The notes under the pieces are model-generated. The model made no database searches and had not been told where the DNA came from. It saw only the letters and a list, made by a program, of their open reading frames with translations. DNA of 64,000 nucleotides from Gammaproteobacteria bacterium (GTDB lineage: Bacteria > Pseudomonadota > Gammaproteobacteria > UBA4575), in NCBI GenBank assembly GCA_965222615.1, contig CBDCUI010000008.1:704001-768000 (forward strand). Direction: 5' to 3'. A program made the translations under genes and the position numbers. Shown piece by piece: positions 12,800 to 24,904 of the stretch. The first letter of the stretch is position 1, and every line of letters begins with the position of its first letter.

Positions 12800-14899
12800 A
12801 TGGCGCGCAAGACTCCCATCACACGGTATCGAAATATCGGCATCATGGCGCATATTGATGCAGGTAAGACGACTACTACCGAACGAGTTCTCTTTTATAC
12901 CGGTATCTCCCACAAAATAGGTGAAGTTCATGACGGTGCAGCTGTCATGGATTGGATGGAGCAAGAGCAAGAGCGCGGTATTACGATCACCTCAGCTGCA
13001 ACCACTTGCTTTTGGAGTGGCATGGGTAATCAACATGATCAGCATCGAATCAATATTATCGATACTCCAGGTCATGTCGATTTCACCATCGAAGTTGAAC
13101 GTTCACTTCGAGTGCTAGATGGTGCTTGCGCAGTGTTTTGTGCCGTGGGTGGAGTCGAACCCCAGTCCGAAACCGTGTGGCGACAGGCAAATAAATATCA
13201 GGTTCCGCGCATGGCTTTCGTGAATAAGATGGATCGAGCTGGCGCTGATTTTTTGCGTGTTGTAGAACAAATTCGTGAAAGGCTTGGATCGCTAGCTGTA
13301 CCCATTCAGTTGCCAATTGGTGCAGAGGATGGGTTCAAAGGTGTGGTTGATTTAATCAAGATGAAGGCGATTTATTGGAATGAAGCAGATTTGGGCACTA
13401 CCTTTGCAGAAGAAGAAATTCCAGATGATATGCAAGCGGATTGTCAAAAATGGCGTGATGAGATGATAGAAGCCGCAGCTGAATCATCTGAGGAAATTAT
13501 GGAGAGTTACCTAGAAGAAGGAATCTTATCCGAGGAGGACATTCGCAAGGGGCTGCGTTACCGCACTTTAGCCAATGAAATCGTGCCGACTTTATGCGGA
13601 TCTGCCTTTAAAAACAAAGGCGTACAAGCAATGTTGGATGCGGTAATTGATTTTATGCCTTCACCTACTGATGTCCCTGCAATCCAAGGCACTTTAGATG
13701 ATAAGGGCGAAACGGTTAGTGAACGTAAGTCTTCGGATGATGAACCGTTTGCTGCATTGGCATTTAAGATTGCAACAGACCCGTATGTAGGTACGTTAAC
13801 TTTTTTCCGTGTATATTCAGGTGTGTTGAGTTCGGGAGATACGGTTTTTAATCCGGTAAAAAATAAAAAAGAACGTGTTGGTCGTATTTTGCAAATGCAC
13901 TCCAATTCTCGTGAAGAAATTAAAGAGGTGCGAGCTGGTGATATTGCGGCTGCTGTGGGTTTAAAAGATGTAACCACGGGTGAAACTTTATGCGACTTAA
14001 AACATGTGATTACTTTGGAGCGTATGGAATTCCCAGAGCCGGTAATTTCAGTCGCCGTTGAGCCTAAAACCAAATCTGATCAAGAAAAAATGGGTATTGC
14101 ATTACAGAAATTAGCACAAGAGGATCCATCTTTCCGTGTACAAACCGATGAAGAATCGGGTCAAACAATTATCTCTGGAATGGGCGAATTACATCTTGAT
14201 ATTATTGTCGACCGCATGAAACGAGAGTTTAGCGTCGAAGCCAATGTAGGCGCACCACAAGTTTCCTACCGTGAAACGATTCAGACAAAAATTGAACATG
14301 AGAGTAAATTTGTTCGTCAATCCGGTGGGCGTGGTCAATATGGGCATGTATATTTAAGGATAGAACCACAAAAACCCGGTAATGGCTTCGAGTTTGCCAA
14401 TGAAATTGTCGGTGGTGCGGTACCGCGCGAATATATACCTGCGGTAGAAAAAGGCGTTAAGGAAGCCATGGATAATGGTGTGATTGCGGGTTATCCAGTA
14501 GTAGATGTAAAAGTAACGCTTTATGATGGTTCTTATCATGATGTAGATTCGTCTGAAATGGCGTTTAAAATAGCAGGCTCTATGGGATTTCGTGATGGTG
14601 CCAAGCAAGCGGATCCTGTACTTCTAGAACCTATTATGAAAGTTGAAGTAGTAACACCTGAAGAATACATGGGTGATGTGGTAGGCGATTTAAACCGCCG
14701 TCGCGGTATGGTAGGTGGTATGGAAGATGGTCCTTCTGGAAAAATAATCCGTTCTGAAGTTCCATTAGCCGAAATGTTTGGTTATGCAACCGATTTGCGC
14801 TCGGCAACACAAGGGCGCGCAACTTATTCAATGGAATTTGATAAGTATAAACAAGTGCCTGGAAATCTTTCAGACGCAATTATTAAGAAAAGTTCATAA
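12800..14899 (+). CDS. fusA: Elongation factor G
   Basis: [14 protein letters not shown] and NKMD GTPase motifs; 699 aa. Confidence 0.99.
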   Translation: MARKTPITRYRNIGIMAHIDAGKTTTTERVLFYTGISHKIGEVHDGAAVMDWMEQEQERGITITSAATTCFWSGMGNQHDQHRINIIDTPGHVDFTIEVERSLRVLDGACAVFCAVGGVEPQSETVWRQANKYQVPRMAFVNKMDRAGADFLRVVEQIRERLGSLAVPIQLPIGAEDGFKGVVDLIKMKAIYWNEADLGTTFAEEEIPDDMQADCQKWRDEMIEAAAESSEEIMESYLEEGILSEEDIRKGLRYRTLANEIVPTLCGSAFKNKGVQAMLDAVIDFMPSPTDVPAIQGTLDDKGETVSERKSSDDEPFAALAFKIATDPYVGTLTFFRVYSGVLSSGDTVFNPVKNKKERVGRILQMHSNSREEIKEVRAGDIAAAVGLKDVTTGETLCDLKHVITLERMEFPEPVISVAVEPKTKSDQEKMGIALQKLAQEDPSFRVQTDEESGQTIISGMGELHLDIIVDRMKREFSVEANVGAPQVSYRETIQTKIEHESKFVRQSGGRGQYGHVYLRIEPQKPGNGFEFANEIVGGAVPREYIPAVEKGVKEAMDNGVIAGYPVVDVKVTLYDGSYHDVDSSEMAFKIAGSMGFRDGAKQADPVLLEPIMKVEVVTPEEYMGDVVGDLNRRRGMVGGMEDGPSGKIIRSEVPLAEMFGYATDLRSATQGRATYSMEFDKYKQVPGNLSDAIIKKSS

Positions 14900-14944
14900 A
14901 TCAGAGTATTGTTAATAAAGATATTTTTGAAGAGGTAAAAAAAG

Positions 14945-16135
14945 ATGTCCAAAGAGAAATTTGAGCGCACGAAGCCGCATGTCAATGTTGGGACGATCGG
15001 GCATGTAGATCATGGGAAGACGACGTTAACGGCGGCGTTGACCAAGATCATGGGAGAGGCGCACGGCGGGGAGTTTAAGGCGTATGATCAGATCGACAAT
15101 GCGCCGGAAGAGCGCGAGCGGGGCATCACGATCGCGACGGCACATGTGGAATATGAGAGTCCGAATCGCCACTATGCGCATGTGGACTGTCCCGGACATG
15201 CGGACTATGTGAAGAACATGATCACAGGCGCCGCGCAAATGGATGGGGCGATTTTAGTGGTGAGTGCCGCGGATGGGCCGATGCCGCAGACCCGCGAACA
15301 CATCCTATTAGCCCGCCAAGTAGGGGTGCCCTACATATTGGTGTACATGAACAAAGCCGATCAAGTGGATGATGCCGAGCTGCTAGAACTGGTAGAGATG
15401 GAAGTGCGCGATCTACTGTCGACCTATGAATTTCCAGGCGACGATACGCCGATCGTCACGGGCTCAGCATTAAAGGCACTAGAAGGCGACACCTCCGAGA
15501 TCGGCGTGCCCTCGATCGTCAAGTTGGTGGAAGAGATGGACAACTTTATCCCGGAACCGGAACGCGCGATCGATGGCGACTACATCATGCCAGTGGAAGA
15601 CGTGTTTTCGATCTCCGGACGCGGCACGGTGGTGACCGGACGCATCGAGCGCGGCATCATCAAAGTCGGAGATGAGATCGAGATTGTGGGGATCAAAGAC
15701 ACGACGACGACGACCTGTACGGGCGTAGAAATGTTTCGCAAACTGCTGGATCAAGGGCAGGCGGGGGACAATGTAGGAGTACTACTGCGCGGCACGAAGC
15801 GCGACGAAGTGGAGCGCGGGCAAGTGCTGTGCAAGCCAGGGAGCATTACGCCGCATACCAAATTCGAAGCGGAAGTGTATATCTTGAGCAAAGAAGAAGG
15901 GGGGCGGCATACACCGTTTTTCAATGGCTATCGACCGCAATTTTACTTTCGCACGACCGATGTGACGGGGGCGGTAGAGTTACCGAGTGGCACCGAGATG
16001 GTGATGCCGGGAGATAATGTACAGATGACGGTATCGATGATTGCGCCGATCGCGATGGAAGAAGGGCTACGCTTTGCGATCCGTGAAGGCGGACGAACGG
16101 TGGGTGCTGGAGTCGTTGCGAAAATTATTGAATGA
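14945..16135 (+). CDS. tuf: Elongation factor Tu
   Basis: GHVDHGKTT and [15 protein letters not shown] motifs; 396 aa. Confidence 0.99.
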   Translation: MSKEKFERTKPHVNVGTIGHVDHGKTTLTAALTKIMGEAHGGEFKAYDQIDNAPEERERGITIATAHVEYESPNRHYAHVDCPGHADYVKNMITGAAQMDGAILVVSAADGPMPQTREHILLARQVGVPYILVYMNKADQVDDAELLELVEMEVRDLLSTYEFPGDDTPIVTGSALKALEGDTSEIGVPSIVKLVEEMDNFIPEPERAIDGDYIMPVEDVFSISGRGTVVTGRIERGIIKVGDEIEIVGIKDTTTTTCTGVEMFRKLLDQGQAGDNVGVLLRGTKRDEVERGQVLCKPGSITPHTKFEAEVYILSKEEGGRHTPFFNGYRPQFYFRTTDVTGAVELPSGTEMVMPGDNVQMTVSMIAPIAMEEGLRFAIREGGRTVGAGVVAKIIE

Positions 16136-16154
16136 AAAATAGAGAGTAATCACT

Positions 16155-16472
16155 ATGCCAGCAGCAGGACAAACCATACGTATACGCTTAAAAGCCTTCG
16201 ATCATCGACTTATAGATCGTTCTGCAAGTGAAATCGTAGAAACAGCGAAGCGTACCGGTGCAAGGGTGAGGGGACCGATCCCTTTACCTACCAAAAAAGA
16301 GCGTTTTACAGTGCTGATTTCTCCACATGTGGATAAGAATGCGCGGGATCAGTATGAGATACGTACTCATAAGCGCATAATGGATATCGTCGAGCCTACC
16401 GATAAGACCGTGGATGCCTTGATGAAATTGGATTTGGCGGCAGGCGTTGATGTTCAAATCAAATTAAATTAA
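16155..16472 (+). CDS. rpsJ: 30S ribosomal protein S10
   Basis: [14 protein letters not shown] and GPIPLPT motifs. Confidence 0.99.
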   Translation: MPAAGQTIRIRLKAFDHRLIDRSASEIVETAKRTGARVRGPIPLPTKKERFTVLISPHVDKNARDQYEIRTHKRIMDIVEPTDKTVDALMKLDLAAGVDVQIKLN

Positions 16473-16620
16473 GAAAGCCCTGATTTATCCTGATACGCCC
16501 CTAAAAAATTTGATTATGAAAAAATGTCTTAAAATACTCATGTATCACCTATACACTCCACTTTTTCGACATTTTTGCCTCGTCTCAGTCACATATACTG
16601 ATAAAACAGAGTTTCTTTAA
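16469..16620 (+). repeat. Palindromic element copy 4
   Basis: Terminal inverted repeat TTAAGAAAGCCCTGATTTATC / GATAAAACAGAGTTTCTTTAA. Core is TACTCA-TGTAT..ATACA-CTCCAC..GACATTTTT-GCCTCGTCTCAG. Overlaps the rpsJ stop codon. Confidence 0.9.
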
Positions 16621-16710
16621 CTTACTAGAACCCCCAAAAGGGATAAAATTTCTATTTCAAAGTATGAATTAGGTGAGTAGAGCTAAAATAGTCGATTTAT
16701 GGATAATTGA

Positions 16711-16835
16711 ATGAAGAAAATGGTTTTCTAAGACTCTGATTTTTGGGATAATGCTCGGCTTTCTGCGGCCCGGCCTGGGGAGACCCATGCCGGGCCGTGA
16801 TTATCAGGCAACCTAAAAATTCCCAGTTTTTTCAT
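16711..16835 (+). promoter_or_regulatory. Long imperfect hairpin with GC-rich GAGA-tetraloop apex upstream of rplC (candidate leader)
   Basis: CGGCCCGGC-C-TGGG-GAGA-CCCA-T-GCCGGGCCG at 16766-16797. Outer pairings are GATAAT/ATTATC, GATTTTTGGG/CCTAAAAATT and ATGAAGAAAATGG/CCAGTTTTTTCAT. Confidence 0.6.
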
Positions 16836-16851
16836 CGGGCGTGTATTGAAT

Positions 16852-17610
16852 ATGTCACTAGGTTTAATTGGTACAAAAGTTGGAATGACACGTGTCTTTA
16901 ATGAGGCAGGTGTGTCTGTGCCTGTAACCGTATTACATGTTCCAGCGAATCGTGTCTCTCAAGTACGCGTACCCGAAGTAGATGGTTATCAAGCCATACA
17001 AGTTACCTATGGTGAAAAGAAACTTTCACAAATCAATAAACCTATGTCTGGTCATTTTGCAAAATCAGGTGTGCTTGCGGGCAGAGGGTTACGTGAGTTT
17101 AGACTTGAGGGAGATCAGCAAGGTGAGTTAACTGTTGGATCAGAAATTACTGCAAATTTGTTTTCGGTGGGTCAAAAAGTTTCGGTAACGGGGATTTCAA
17201 AGGGTAAGGGTTTTGCGGGGCCGGTAAAACGCCATAACTTTGGTATGCAAGACGCAACCCATGGTAATTCGCTTTCGCATCGTGCACATGGTTCTACCGG
17301 CCAATGTCAAGATCCTGGGCGTGTTTTTAAAGGTAAAAAAATGGCCGGGCAAATGGGAAATGTCAAAGTCACCACGAAAAATTTAGAAGTGGTGCAAATT
17401 GATAATGATAAAGAGTTACTACTTATCAAGGGATCCGTGCCTGGCGCACCTGGTGGTGATGTTGTTGTACGGCCGGTTAATCCTAATGAAGTAAATATGC
17501 CAACTGAAAGTGCTTCAACTGAAGAAACCGATGCAACTGAACCAGCCGCAGAAGAAGTAAAAGAAAAATCCCAAGAAAAACCTCAAGTGAAATCAGAATC
17601 TGAAGAATAG
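16852..17610 (+). CDS. rplC: 50S ribosomal protein L3
   Basis: [15 protein letters not shown] and [11 protein letters not shown] motifs. Start at ATG 16852. Confidence 0.98.
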   Translation: MSLGLIGTKVGMTRVFNEAGVSVPVTVLHVPANRVSQVRVPEVDGYQAIQVTYGEKKLSQINKPMSGHFAKSGVLAGRGLREFRLEGDQQGELTVGSEITANLFSVGQKVSVTGISKGKGFAGPVKRHNFGMQDATHGNSLSHRAHGSTGQCQDPGRVFKGKKMAGQMGNVKVTTKNLEVVQIDNDKELLLIKGSVPGAPGGDVVVRPVNPNEVNMPTESASTEETDATEPAAEEVKEKSQEKPQVKSESEE

Positions 17611-17612
17611 AC

Positions 17613-18218
17613 ATGAAGCTAGCTATTGCCAATAAGAAAGCCTCGGTGACGGTATCGGATGAAATTTTTGCATGTGAATTTAATGAGTCTCTCGTGCATC
17701 AAATGGTAACGGCCTATCTTGCGGGGGGTCGTGCAGGTACTAAGGCGAATAAAAGTCGTAGTGACGTTAGGGGTGGTGGTGCAAAACCATGGCGCCAAAA
17801 AGGTACAGGTCGTGCACGTGCGGGAACTTCTAACAGTCCAATTTGGCGTGGTGGTGGGGTAACGTTTGCAGCTAAACCGCGCAGTTATAAACAAAAGTTA
17901 AATAAAAAAATGGTGCGCGCAGCCTATGCAAGTATGTTTTCCGAATTAGCGCGGCAAGAACGTTTACATGTTGTCGAAGACTTTACAGTGACTGAGCCAA
18001 AGACGAAACAAGCACTAGAACACCTTAAAAAATTAAATCTAACCTCTGCATTAGTGATCACTGAAGAAGCTGATAAAAATTTATACCTCTCTGTTCGTAA
18101 CTTACCTCATGTCGATGTGACTGAAATTGGCGGTTTAGATCCAGTTAGTCTGCTTAAGTATGGCGATGTTGTAGTAACCAAAGATGCATTACAAGCAATT
18201 GAGGAGTGGTTGCAATGA
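17613..18218 (+). CDS. rplD: 50S ribosomal protein L4
   Basis: [14 protein letters not shown] motif. Confidence 0.99.
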   Translation: MKLAIANKKASVTVSDEIFACEFNESLVHQMVTAYLAGGRAGTKANKSRSDVRGGGAKPWRQKGTGRARAGTSNSPIWRGGGVTFAAKPRSYKQKLNKKMVRAAYASMFSELARQERLHVVEDFTVTEPKTKQALEHLKKLNLTSALVITEEADKNLYLSVRNLPHVDVTEIGGLDPVSLLKYGDVVVTKDALQAIEEWLQ

Positions 18219-18511
18219 ATCAAGAACGCATCATGACAATATTGCTTGGTCCACATATCTCAGAAAAAACGGCGTTGAGTGCAGATACTAATAATCAGCA
18301 TGTTTTTAAAGTATTACCGAGTGCAAAAAAAAATGAAATTAAGCTAGCAGTAGAAGAATTATTTGATGTGAAAGTAGCTGCAGTGAACACAATTAATATG
18401 CAAGGTAAACGTAAACGATTTGGTATGCGCCAAGGTAAGCGTCCTGACTGGAAAAAGGCAATTGTGACATTGGAACAAGGTCACGACATCGATTTTGGTG
18501 GATTTGAGTAA
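18215..18511 (+). CDS. rplW: 50S ribosomal protein L23
   Basis: PHISEK and WKKAIVTL motifs. ATG 18215 overlaps the rplD stop. Confidence 0.97.
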   Translation: MNQERIMTILLGPHISEKTALSADTNNQHVFKVLPSAKKNEIKLAVEELFDVKVAAVNTINMQGKRKRFGMRQGKRPDWKKAIVTLEQGHDIDFGGFE

Positions 18512-18525
18512 GAAAGATTTTCGTT

Positions 18526-19353
18526 ATGACACTAGCAAAAGCAAAACCTACATCACCTGGACGTCGTTTTGTAGTTCAAGTTACGACACCCGGTTTATAT
18601 AAAGGTGGGCCTTACAAACCTTTACTGGATGATAAGAGTAAAAAAGGCGGTCGTAATAATGCTGGTTGCATTACTACACGTCATCGTGGTGGAGGTCACA
18701 AACAACGTTATCGAATTATAGACTTTAAGCGCAATAAAGATGACGTTAGTGCACAAGTAGAAAGAATTGAATATGACCCAAATCGAAGCGCCAATATTGC
18801 CTTGCTAAAGTATATAGATGGAGAGCGACGCTACATTATCGCTCCAAAGGGCTTGCGACAAGGTGACCAAGTGAGTTCTGGGATGCAAGCTTCGATTAAA
18901 GTTGGTAATGCGTTGCCATTGAGAAGTATACCGGTGGGTACCGTTGTGCACTGTATCGAAATGAAACCAGGTAAAGGTGCACAGGTTGGTAGAAGTGCAG
19001 GTGCAGCGATTCAAATTGTTGCACGCGAAGGTAACTATGCAACGTTGCGCTTGCGTTCTGGTGAAATTCGAAAAGTCTTATCGGAATGTAAAGCAACCAT
19101 AGGTGAAGTTGGAAATGCTGAACATAATCTGCGCAAGCTAGGTAAAGCTGGTGCGAAACGTTGGCGAGGAGTTCGTCCTACAGTAAGAGGTGTGGCAATG
19201 AATCCTGTGGATCATCCGCATGGTGGTGGCGAAGGCCGCACTTCTGGTGGAAGACATCCTGTATCACCTTGGGCGATGCCAACAAAAGGTTTTAAAACCA
19301 GAAAAAATCGACGTACTGATCGATTGATTGTTAGACGTAGAAACAAAAAGTAA
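18526..19353 (+). CDS. rplB: 50S ribosomal protein L2
   Basis: [17 protein letters not shown] motif. Confidence 0.99.
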   Translation: MTLAKAKPTSPGRRFVVQVTTPGLYKGGPYKPLLDDKSKKGGRNNAGCITTRHRGGGHKQRYRIIDFKRNKDDVSAQVERIEYDPNRSANIALLKYIDGERRYIIAPKGLRQGDQVSSGMQASIKVGNALPLRSIPVGTVVHCIEMKPGKGAQVGRSAGAAIQIVAREGNYATLRLRSGEIRKVLSECKATIGEVGNAEHNLRKLGKAGAKRWRGVRPTVRGVAMNPVDHPHGGGEGRTSGGRHPVSPWAMPTKGFKTRKNRRTDRLIVRRRNKK

Positions 19354-19380
19354 ATAGTTATTAACTGAGATTATTAATTT

Positions 19381-19653
19381 ATGCCAAGATCGTTACGTAA
19401 AGGCCCGTTTGTTGATCATCACTTGATGAAAAAAGTTGAAACGGCGGCAGCCAAGAATGATCGCAAACCAATTAAAACATGGTCGCGGCGTTCTTTAGTG
19501 GTGCCTGATATGGTAGGTCTTACTATTGCCGTACATAATGGTCGCCAACATGTGCCTGTTTTAATAAATGAAAATATGGTTGGCCATAAACTTGGCGAAT
19601 TTGCCATTACACGAACATTTAAAGGTCATTCTGGAGATCGCAAGGCAAAATAG
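19381..19653 (+). CDS. rpsS: 30S ribosomal protein S19
   Basis: [10 protein letters not shown] and GHKLGEF motifs. Confidence 0.99.
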   Translation: MPRSLRKGPFVDHHLMKKVETAAAKNDRKPIKTWSRRSLVVPDMVGLTIAVHNGRQHVPVLINENMVGHKLGEFAITRTFKGHSGDRKAK

Positions 19654-19655
19654 CT

Positions 19656-19988
19656 ATGGAAGTTTCTGCAAAACTTACTTTTATGAGAATCGCACCGCAG
19701 AAGGCACGTTTGGTGGCGGACCAAGTACGTGGTAAAACCGTGGAACGTGCATTAGAAATTTTATCATTCAGCCCAAAGAAGGCGTCACATATTATTAAAA
19801 AAGTATTAGAGTCGGCAATAGCTAATGCGGAGCATAATGAAGGTGCAGATATCGATGAGCTAAAGGTCTCAAAAATTTTTGTCGACGATGGCCCAACGCA
19901 CCGCAGGTTTCAAGCACGGGCAAAAGGTCGTGCCGCAAAGATATTAAAACGAACTAGTCATATAACCGTAGAGGTTAGTGATAGTTAA
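19656..19988 (+). CDS. rplV: 50S ribosomal protein L22
   Basis: SAIANAEHN and RAKGRA motifs. Confidence 0.99.
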   Translation: MEVSAKLTFMRIAPQKARLVADQVRGKTVERALEILSFSPKKASHIIKKVLESAIANAEHNEGADIDELKVSKIFVDDGPTHRRFQARAKGRAAKILKRTSHITVEVSDS

Positions 19989-20132
19989 GAAATATATTAG
20001 AGATTAAGAGAAAGATTTAGTAGTGATTTATATGTGCATAACCACAACATTTAAATTTTTAACCAAAGGTAATTGCTAGATATGCATACAAAACCATCAC
20101 GTCGAGCGTTATACAGGACAGGGTGCTAGATC

Positions 20133-20834
20133 ATGGGACAAAAGGTTCATCCAACTGGAATGCGATTAGGAATATCTACGGATTGGACATCCAAGTGGTA
20201 TGCGGATGGTCGTGACTATGCCGAATTCCTCAGTAGCGATCTTGAAATTCGCGATTATTTAAAGAAAAAACTTTCACAAGCATCGGTAAGTCGCATACAA
20301 ATTAATCGCCCTGCACGTGCAGCCTTTATCACAATACATACGGCACGTCCTGGAATCGTAATTGGGAAAAAAGGCGAAGACATCGAGGCATTGCGTCATG
20401 AAGTAGCAAGGCGTACGGGTCTCAGTGTGAATAACGTCAAGATCAACATTGAAGAAATTCGCAAACCGGAAATTGATGCGCAACTTGTAGCAGAAAGTAT
20501 TGCGCAGCAATTAGAGCGACGTATTATGTTTCGCCGCGCAATGAAAAGAGCGGTTAGCAATGCGATGCGTCTAGGGGCATTAGGTGTAAAAGTGAATGTT
20601 GGTGGCAGACTGAATGGTGCTGAGATTGCTCGAAGTGAGTGGTATCGGGAAGGTCGAGTACCTTTGCATACACTGCGAGCCAATATTGATTACGGTTTTG
20701 CTGAAGCGAAAACTACTTACGGGATTATTGGGATAAAAACTTGGATATATAAAGGTGACGTATTTGATTTGCACGCTAAAGATCAAGAAGATGCTATTGA
20801 ACAGCCAAAAGCACGTGCTAGTGCGAAAAATTAA
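20133..20834 (+). CDS. rpsC: 30S ribosomal protein S3
   Basis: MGQKVHP and [10 protein letters not shown] motifs. Confidence 0.99.
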   Translation: MGQKVHPTGMRLGISTDWTSKWYADGRDYAEFLSSDLEIRDYLKKKLSQASVSRIQINRPARAAFITIHTARPGIVIGKKGEDIEALRHEVARRTGLSVNNVKINIEEIRKPEIDAQLVAESIAQQLERRIMFRRAMKRAVSNAMRLGALGVKVNVGGRLNGAEIARSEWYREGRVPLHTLRANIDYGFAEAKTTYGIIGIKTWIYKGDVFDLHAKDQEDAIEQPKARASAKN

Positions 20835-20854
20835 TTAAATAAGACTTAAACCAA

Positions 20855-21268
20855 ATGTTACAACCAAAACGTACAAAATTTCGTAAACAACAGAAAGGCC
20901 GCAACCGCGGGCTTGCGTTGAACGGGAATAAAGTTAGCTTTGGTGAATATGGCCTAAAGGCGGTGTCTAGGGGCCGTATCACGGCAAGGCAAATTGAAGC
21001 TGCACGACGCGCGATGACACGTCATGTAAAACGTGGTGGAAAAATATGGATTCGTATATTTCCCGATGTGCCCGTTACTAAAAAACCATTAGAAGTAAGG
21101 CAAGGTAAAGGAAAAGGTAATGTTGAATATTGGGTAGCTAAGATTCAACCGGGAAAGATGTTATATGAGATGGAAGGTGTTGAGGAGCATGTTGCTCGTG
21201 AAGCATTCCGCTTAGCGGATGCTAAGCTTCCTCTTAAAACAGCGTTTGTTTCACGAACGGTAATGTAG
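20855..21268 (+). CDS. rplP: 50S ribosomal protein L16
   Basis: [11 protein letters not shown] and [13 protein letters not shown] motifs. Confidence 0.99.
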   Translation: MLQPKRTKFRKQQKGRNRGLALNGNKVSFGEYGLKAVSRGRITARQIEAARRAMTRHVKRGGKIWIRIFPDVPVTKKPLEVRQGKGKGNVEYWVAKIQPGKMLYEMEGVEEHVAREAFRLADAKLPLKTAFVSRTVM

Positions 21269-21278
21269 AAACGACACA

Positions 21279-21482
21279 ATGAAAGCCGAAGAATTACGCA
21301 AAAAGACAACAGAAGAGCTTGCAAAAGAGCTATTAGACTTGCGCAAAGAGCAATTTAATTTACGCATGCAGCGTGGTGTTGGGCAAGCCACTCGCGTACA
21401 TCAGTTTAAGTTAAATCGAAAAAATATTGCACGTGTAAAAACAGTCATAAATGAGAAAAAGCTAACTGAGAAAACATCTTAA
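21279..21482 (+). CDS. rpmC: 50S ribosomal protein L29
   Basis: EQFNLRMQ and IARVKTV motifs; synteny. Confidence 0.97.
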   Translation: MKAEELRKKTTEELAKELLDLRKEQFNLRMQRGVGQATRVHQFKLNRKNIARVKTVINEKKLTEKTS

Positions 21483-21527
21483 CTATGCAAACTACTAGTG
21501 AAAACAAAATATTTGTGGGAGTGTTGA

Positions 21528-21791
21528 ATGTCTGAAGAGCAGAAAAAGATTCGCACTCTGCAAGGAATGGTTGTTAGTGACAAGATGGATAAGACCGTGA
21601 CAGTTTTATTAGAGCGCCAAGTAAAACATCCTTTATATAAAAAGTATATTAAACGTTCTACAAAATTACATGTGCATGATGAAAATAATGAATGTTCAAT
21701 AGGTGACAAGGTTTCAATACGCGAGTGCCGTCCTTTTTCTAAAACGAAATCGTGGCAGCTTGTCGAAGTTATTGAGCGTGGTATTACGTAG
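21528..21791 (+). CDS. rpsQ: 30S ribosomal protein S17
   Basis: VVSDKMDKT and ECRPFSKTK motifs. Confidence 0.98.
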   Translation: MSEEQKKIRTLQGMVVSDKMDKTVTVLLERQVKHPLYKKYIKRSTKLHVHDENNECSIGDKVSIRECRPFSKTKSWQLVEVIERGIT

Positions 21792-21809
21792 GTGTGATGA
21801 GGGGTAGTT

Positions 21810-22178
21810 ATGATTCAGATGCAAACTACGCTGGAAGCAGCAGACAACAGTGGTGCACGCAAAGTGCAGTGTATCAAGGTGCTTGGTGGTTCGCACCGTC
21901 GTTATGCCAGGATTGGCGACATTATTAAAGTAAGTGTTAAAGATGCTATTCCACGTGGAAAGGTAAAAAAGGGCGAGGTCTACAATGCGGTGGTAGTAAG
22001 AACTGCACAAGGTGTACGTCGACCGGATGGGTCATTAATCAGGTTTGATAGCAACGCAGCGGTGTTATTAAACCAACAATTACAACCCATTGGCACACGA
22101 ATTTTTGGGCCGGTAACACGTGAATTACGTACTGAGCGTTTTATGAAAATTATTTCATTAGCGCCAGAAGTTTTATAA
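21810..22178 (+). CDS. rplN: 50S ribosomal protein L14
   Basis: [15 protein letters not shown] and SLAPEVL motifs. Confidence 0.99.
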   Translation: MIQMQTTLEAADNSGARKVQCIKVLGGSHRRYARIGDIIKVSVKDAIPRGKVKKGEVYNAVVVRTAQGVRRPDGSLIRFDSNAAVLLNQQLQPIGTRIFGPVTRELRTERFMKIISLAPEVL

Positions 22179-22202
22179 AAGTTTTGGGTTAAGTGTAGAA
22201 AA

Positions 22203-22520
22203 ATGCAACGAATTCGAACAGGTGATGATGTGATTGTAATCGCTGGCAAAGATAAAGGCCGGCGAGGCACTGTATTGAAGGTCATTGATGACGATCATTT
22301 GGTCATCGAGAATATAAACATTGCTAAAAAACATCAAAAACCGAATCCAAATATGGGAATTGCTGGTGGTATAAATGAGCAAGAAAACCCAATACATGCC
22401 TCTAATGTCATGTTGTTTAATCCGGCTACGAATAAAGGCGACAAAATTGGTTTTAAGATTTTAGAAGATAATAAAAAAGTTCGTTATTTTAAATCTAACG
22501 GCGAAGTTGTAGATGTATAG
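22203..22520 (+). CDS. rplX: 50S ribosomal protein L24
   Basis: [16 protein letters not shown] motif. Confidence 0.98.
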   Translation: MQRIRTGDDVIVIAGKDKGRRGTVLKVIDDDHLVIENINIAKKHQKPNPNMGIAGGINEQENPIHASNVMLFNPATNKGDKIGFKILEDNKKVRYFKSNGEVVDV

Positions 22521-22525
22521 GTACA

Positions 22526-23065
22526 ATGGCTAGACTTCAAGAATATTACATGAATACAGTTCGTAACCAGCTTATGGAAAAGCTAGGTTATAAAAATATT
22601 ATGCAAGTGCCTCGTATTGAAAAAATTACCTTAAATACAGGTGTGGGTGAAGCCGTGCGTGATAAGAAAGTTATTGAAAAAGTAGTTACTGATATGGAAC
22701 AAATAGCGGGACAAAAAGCAGTAGTGACCCGAGCAAGGAAATCGATTGCGGGATTTAGTATTCGTGATGGTTTTCCGATTGGTTGTAAAGTTACTTTGCG
22801 TAAAACAAGGATGTACGAATTTTTGGATCGCTTAATCAGTATCGCAATTCCACGTGTAAGAGATTTTCGCGGTTTAAATACTAGGGCATTTGATGGACGA
22901 GGTAATTATAGCCTAGGGATTAGCGAACAGATTATTTTTCCTGAAATCGATTACGATAAAATAGATGCAATTCGTGGAATGGATATTGCGATTACAACAA
23001 CCGCAAATACAGATGAAGAAGCTAAGGCACTACTAGAAGCATTTAGTTTTCCATTTAGAAGATAA
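22526..23065 (+). CDS. rplE: 50S ribosomal protein L5
   Basis: PRVRDFRG and FDGRGNY motifs. Confidence 0.99.
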   Translation: MARLQEYYMNTVRNQLMEKLGYKNIMQVPRIEKITLNTGVGEAVRDKKVIEKVVTDMEQIAGQKAVVTRARKSIAGFSIRDGFPIGCKVTLRKTRMYEFLDRLISIAIPRVRDFRGLNTRAFDGRGNYSLGISEQIIFPEIDYDKIDAIRGMDIAITTTANTDEEAKALLEAFSFPFRR

Positions 23066-23078
23066 AGAGAGTTCAAGC

Positions 23079-23384
23079 ATGGCAAAAAATTCAATGGTGG
23101 AGCGTGAGAAAAAGCGTGCAAAAGTTGTATTACGTTATGCTAATAAACGCTCTCAACTTAAAGCCATTATTAAAAGCTCAACAACTAGTTATGAAGAAAA
23201 GCAAGAAGCTATGTTGCAACTACAGAAGCTACCCAAAAATGCTAGTCCAACTCGATTACGTAATCGCTGCAGCTTAACTGGAAGACCAAAAGGATATTAT
23301 CGAAAATTTGGATTAGGTCGTAATAAATTACGTGAAGCTGCAATGCGTGGCGATATTCCTGGTTTAGTTAAAGCAAGTTGGTAA
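23079..23384 (+). CDS. rpsN: 30S ribosomal protein S14 (long, non-zinc type)
   Basis: [10 protein letters not shown] and PGLVKASW motifs; 101 aa. Confidence 0.98.
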   Translation: MAKNSMVEREKKRAKVVLRYANKRSQLKAIIKSSTTSYEEKQEAMLQLQKLPKNASPTRLRNRCSLTGRPKGYYRKFGLGRNKLREAAMRGDIPGLVKASW

Positions 23385-23408
23385 GAGTTTGTAAATTAGG
23401 ATAATGAT

Positions 23409-23804
23409 ATGAGTATGAGTGACCCAATTTCCGATATGTTAACGCGTATTCGTAATGGGCAGAGTGCCAGAAAAGTAACTGTTACTATGCCTTCGTCAAA
23501 AGTCAAAATAGCTATTGCCAATGTGCTTAAAGAAGAAGGTTTTATTGAAGACTGTGCGGTTGATGAAGACGGCCCTAAGAGCAATTTATCTGTCACGCTT
23601 AAATATTATATGGGTGAACCGGTTATCTCTAAGCTTAAAAGAGTAAGTCGGCCCGGTTTGCGTATCTATAAGAATGTAGATGATTTGCCCAAAGTAATTG
23701 GTGGAATGGGTGTTGCGATAATATCTACGTCCAATGGTGTCATGAGTGATCGTGCAGCTCGTGCTGCAGGTCATGGTGGCGAAGTTTTATGTACTGTTGA
23801 GTAA
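23409..23804 (+). CDS. rpsH: 30S ribosomal protein S8
   Basis: [12 protein letters not shown] and SRPGLRIY motifs. Confidence 0.99.
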   Translation: MSMSDPISDMLTRIRNGQSARKVTVTMPSSKVKIAIANVLKEEGFIEDCAVDEDGPKSNLSVTLKYYMGEPVISKLKRVSRPGLRIYKNVDDLPKVIGGMGVAIISTSNGVMSDRAARAAGHGGEVLCTVE

Positions 23805-23819
23805 GTAACGTTAATCATT

Positions 23820-24347
23820 ATGTCGCGAATTGCTAAACAAGCTATCGATATTCCATCTGGTGTGGATGTGAAGTTACAAGGGCAGCATCTTACCGTAAAA
23901 GGCCCTAATGGTGAGTTGTCTATGGATATTCACGACGATGTTAACGTTGAGTTGCAAGATAAACGATTACAAGTGGTAATGGAAAAGTCAAACAATGTTG
24001 CCATGGCTGGAACCATGCGTGCATTGATGAATAATTTAGTGACAGGTGTAAATGCTGGATTTGAACGCAAGCTAGAATTGGTTGGTGTTGGTTATCGTGC
24101 ACAATCAAAAGGTAAGACGTTGAATTTATCATTAGGGTTTTCACACCCGGTTGATTATCCAGTGCCGGAAGGAATTAAAATTGAGACACCAAGTCAGACA
24201 GAGGTCGTGATTAAAGGTGCTGATAAGCAAAAAGTTGGACAAGTTGCTGCAGAAATTCGTGCCTTTCGACCGCCTGAACCCTATAAGGGTAAGGGTGTTA
24301 AATATGCGGAAGAGAGGATCGTACGCAAAGAGGCAAAGAAAAAGTAA
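23820..24347 (+). CDS. rplF: 50S ribosomal protein L6
   Basis: [13 protein letters not shown] motif. Confidence 0.99.
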   Translation: MSRIAKQAIDIPSGVDVKLQGQHLTVKGPNGELSMDIHDDVNVELQDKRLQVVMEKSNNVAMAGTMRALMNNLVTGVNAGFERKLELVGVGYRAQSKGKTLNLSLGFSHPVDYPVPEGIKIETPSQTEVVIKGADKQKVGQVAAEIRAFRPPEPYKGKGVKYAEERIVRKEAKKK

Positions 24348-24504
24348 AGGCTATGACACATATGATCTTTTTCTCCAATACATCGTTTTCGAATTTCTCA
24401 AATGCTCATGTACTGGCGTGTACACTCCGCCCTAAAATAATGAGACTAGGGAAATTCTCAGGCCTTGTCTTGAAGAAAAATTTCTATCTGTGTAATAGCT
24501 TTAA
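24345..24504 (+). repeat. Palindromic element copy 5 (divergent stems)
   Basis: Imperfect terminal inverted repeat TAAAGGCTATGACACA / TGTGTAATAGCTTTAA. Conserved TACATCGTT, TGCTCA-TGTAC..GTACA-CTCCGC and GCCTTGTC. Starts at the rplF stop codon. Confidence 0.88.
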
Positions 24505-24526
24505 ATAATTATTTAATTTAATTGTG

Positions 24527-24880
24527 ATGAATAAATCAAATTCAAGAACACGACGGGCTTTAAAGACGCGCAAAAAAATATCTGCGTTGAAAGCCCATCG
24601 CTTGTGTGTGCATCGAACTCCAAAACACATATATGCACAAATCATTACACCAGCTGGCGGTGAAACAATTGTCAGTGCATCGTCTTTGGATACGAGTGTG
24701 CGAGATGCAGTTAATTACACTGGTAATGTGGAAGCGGCAAAAGCCGTTGGAAAAATGATTGCCGAACGCGCCAAAGATAAAGGTGTAGAAAATGTAGCCT
24801 TTGATCGCTCTGGCTTTAAATACCATGGTCGTGTTAAAGCCATGGCAGATGCTGCCCGCGAAGCAGGATTAAAGTTTTAA
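24527..24880 (+). CDS. rplR: 50S ribosomal protein L18
   Basis: [14 protein letters not shown] motif. Confidence 0.98.
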   Translation: MNKSNSRTRRALKTRKKISALKAHRLCVHRTPKHIYAQIITPAGGETIVSASSLDTSVRDAVNYTGNVEAAKAVGKMIAERAKDKGVENVAFDRSGFKYHGRVKAMADAAREAGLKF

Positions 24881-24904
24881 GTAACAATCAAGGATTATTA
24901 GTAA

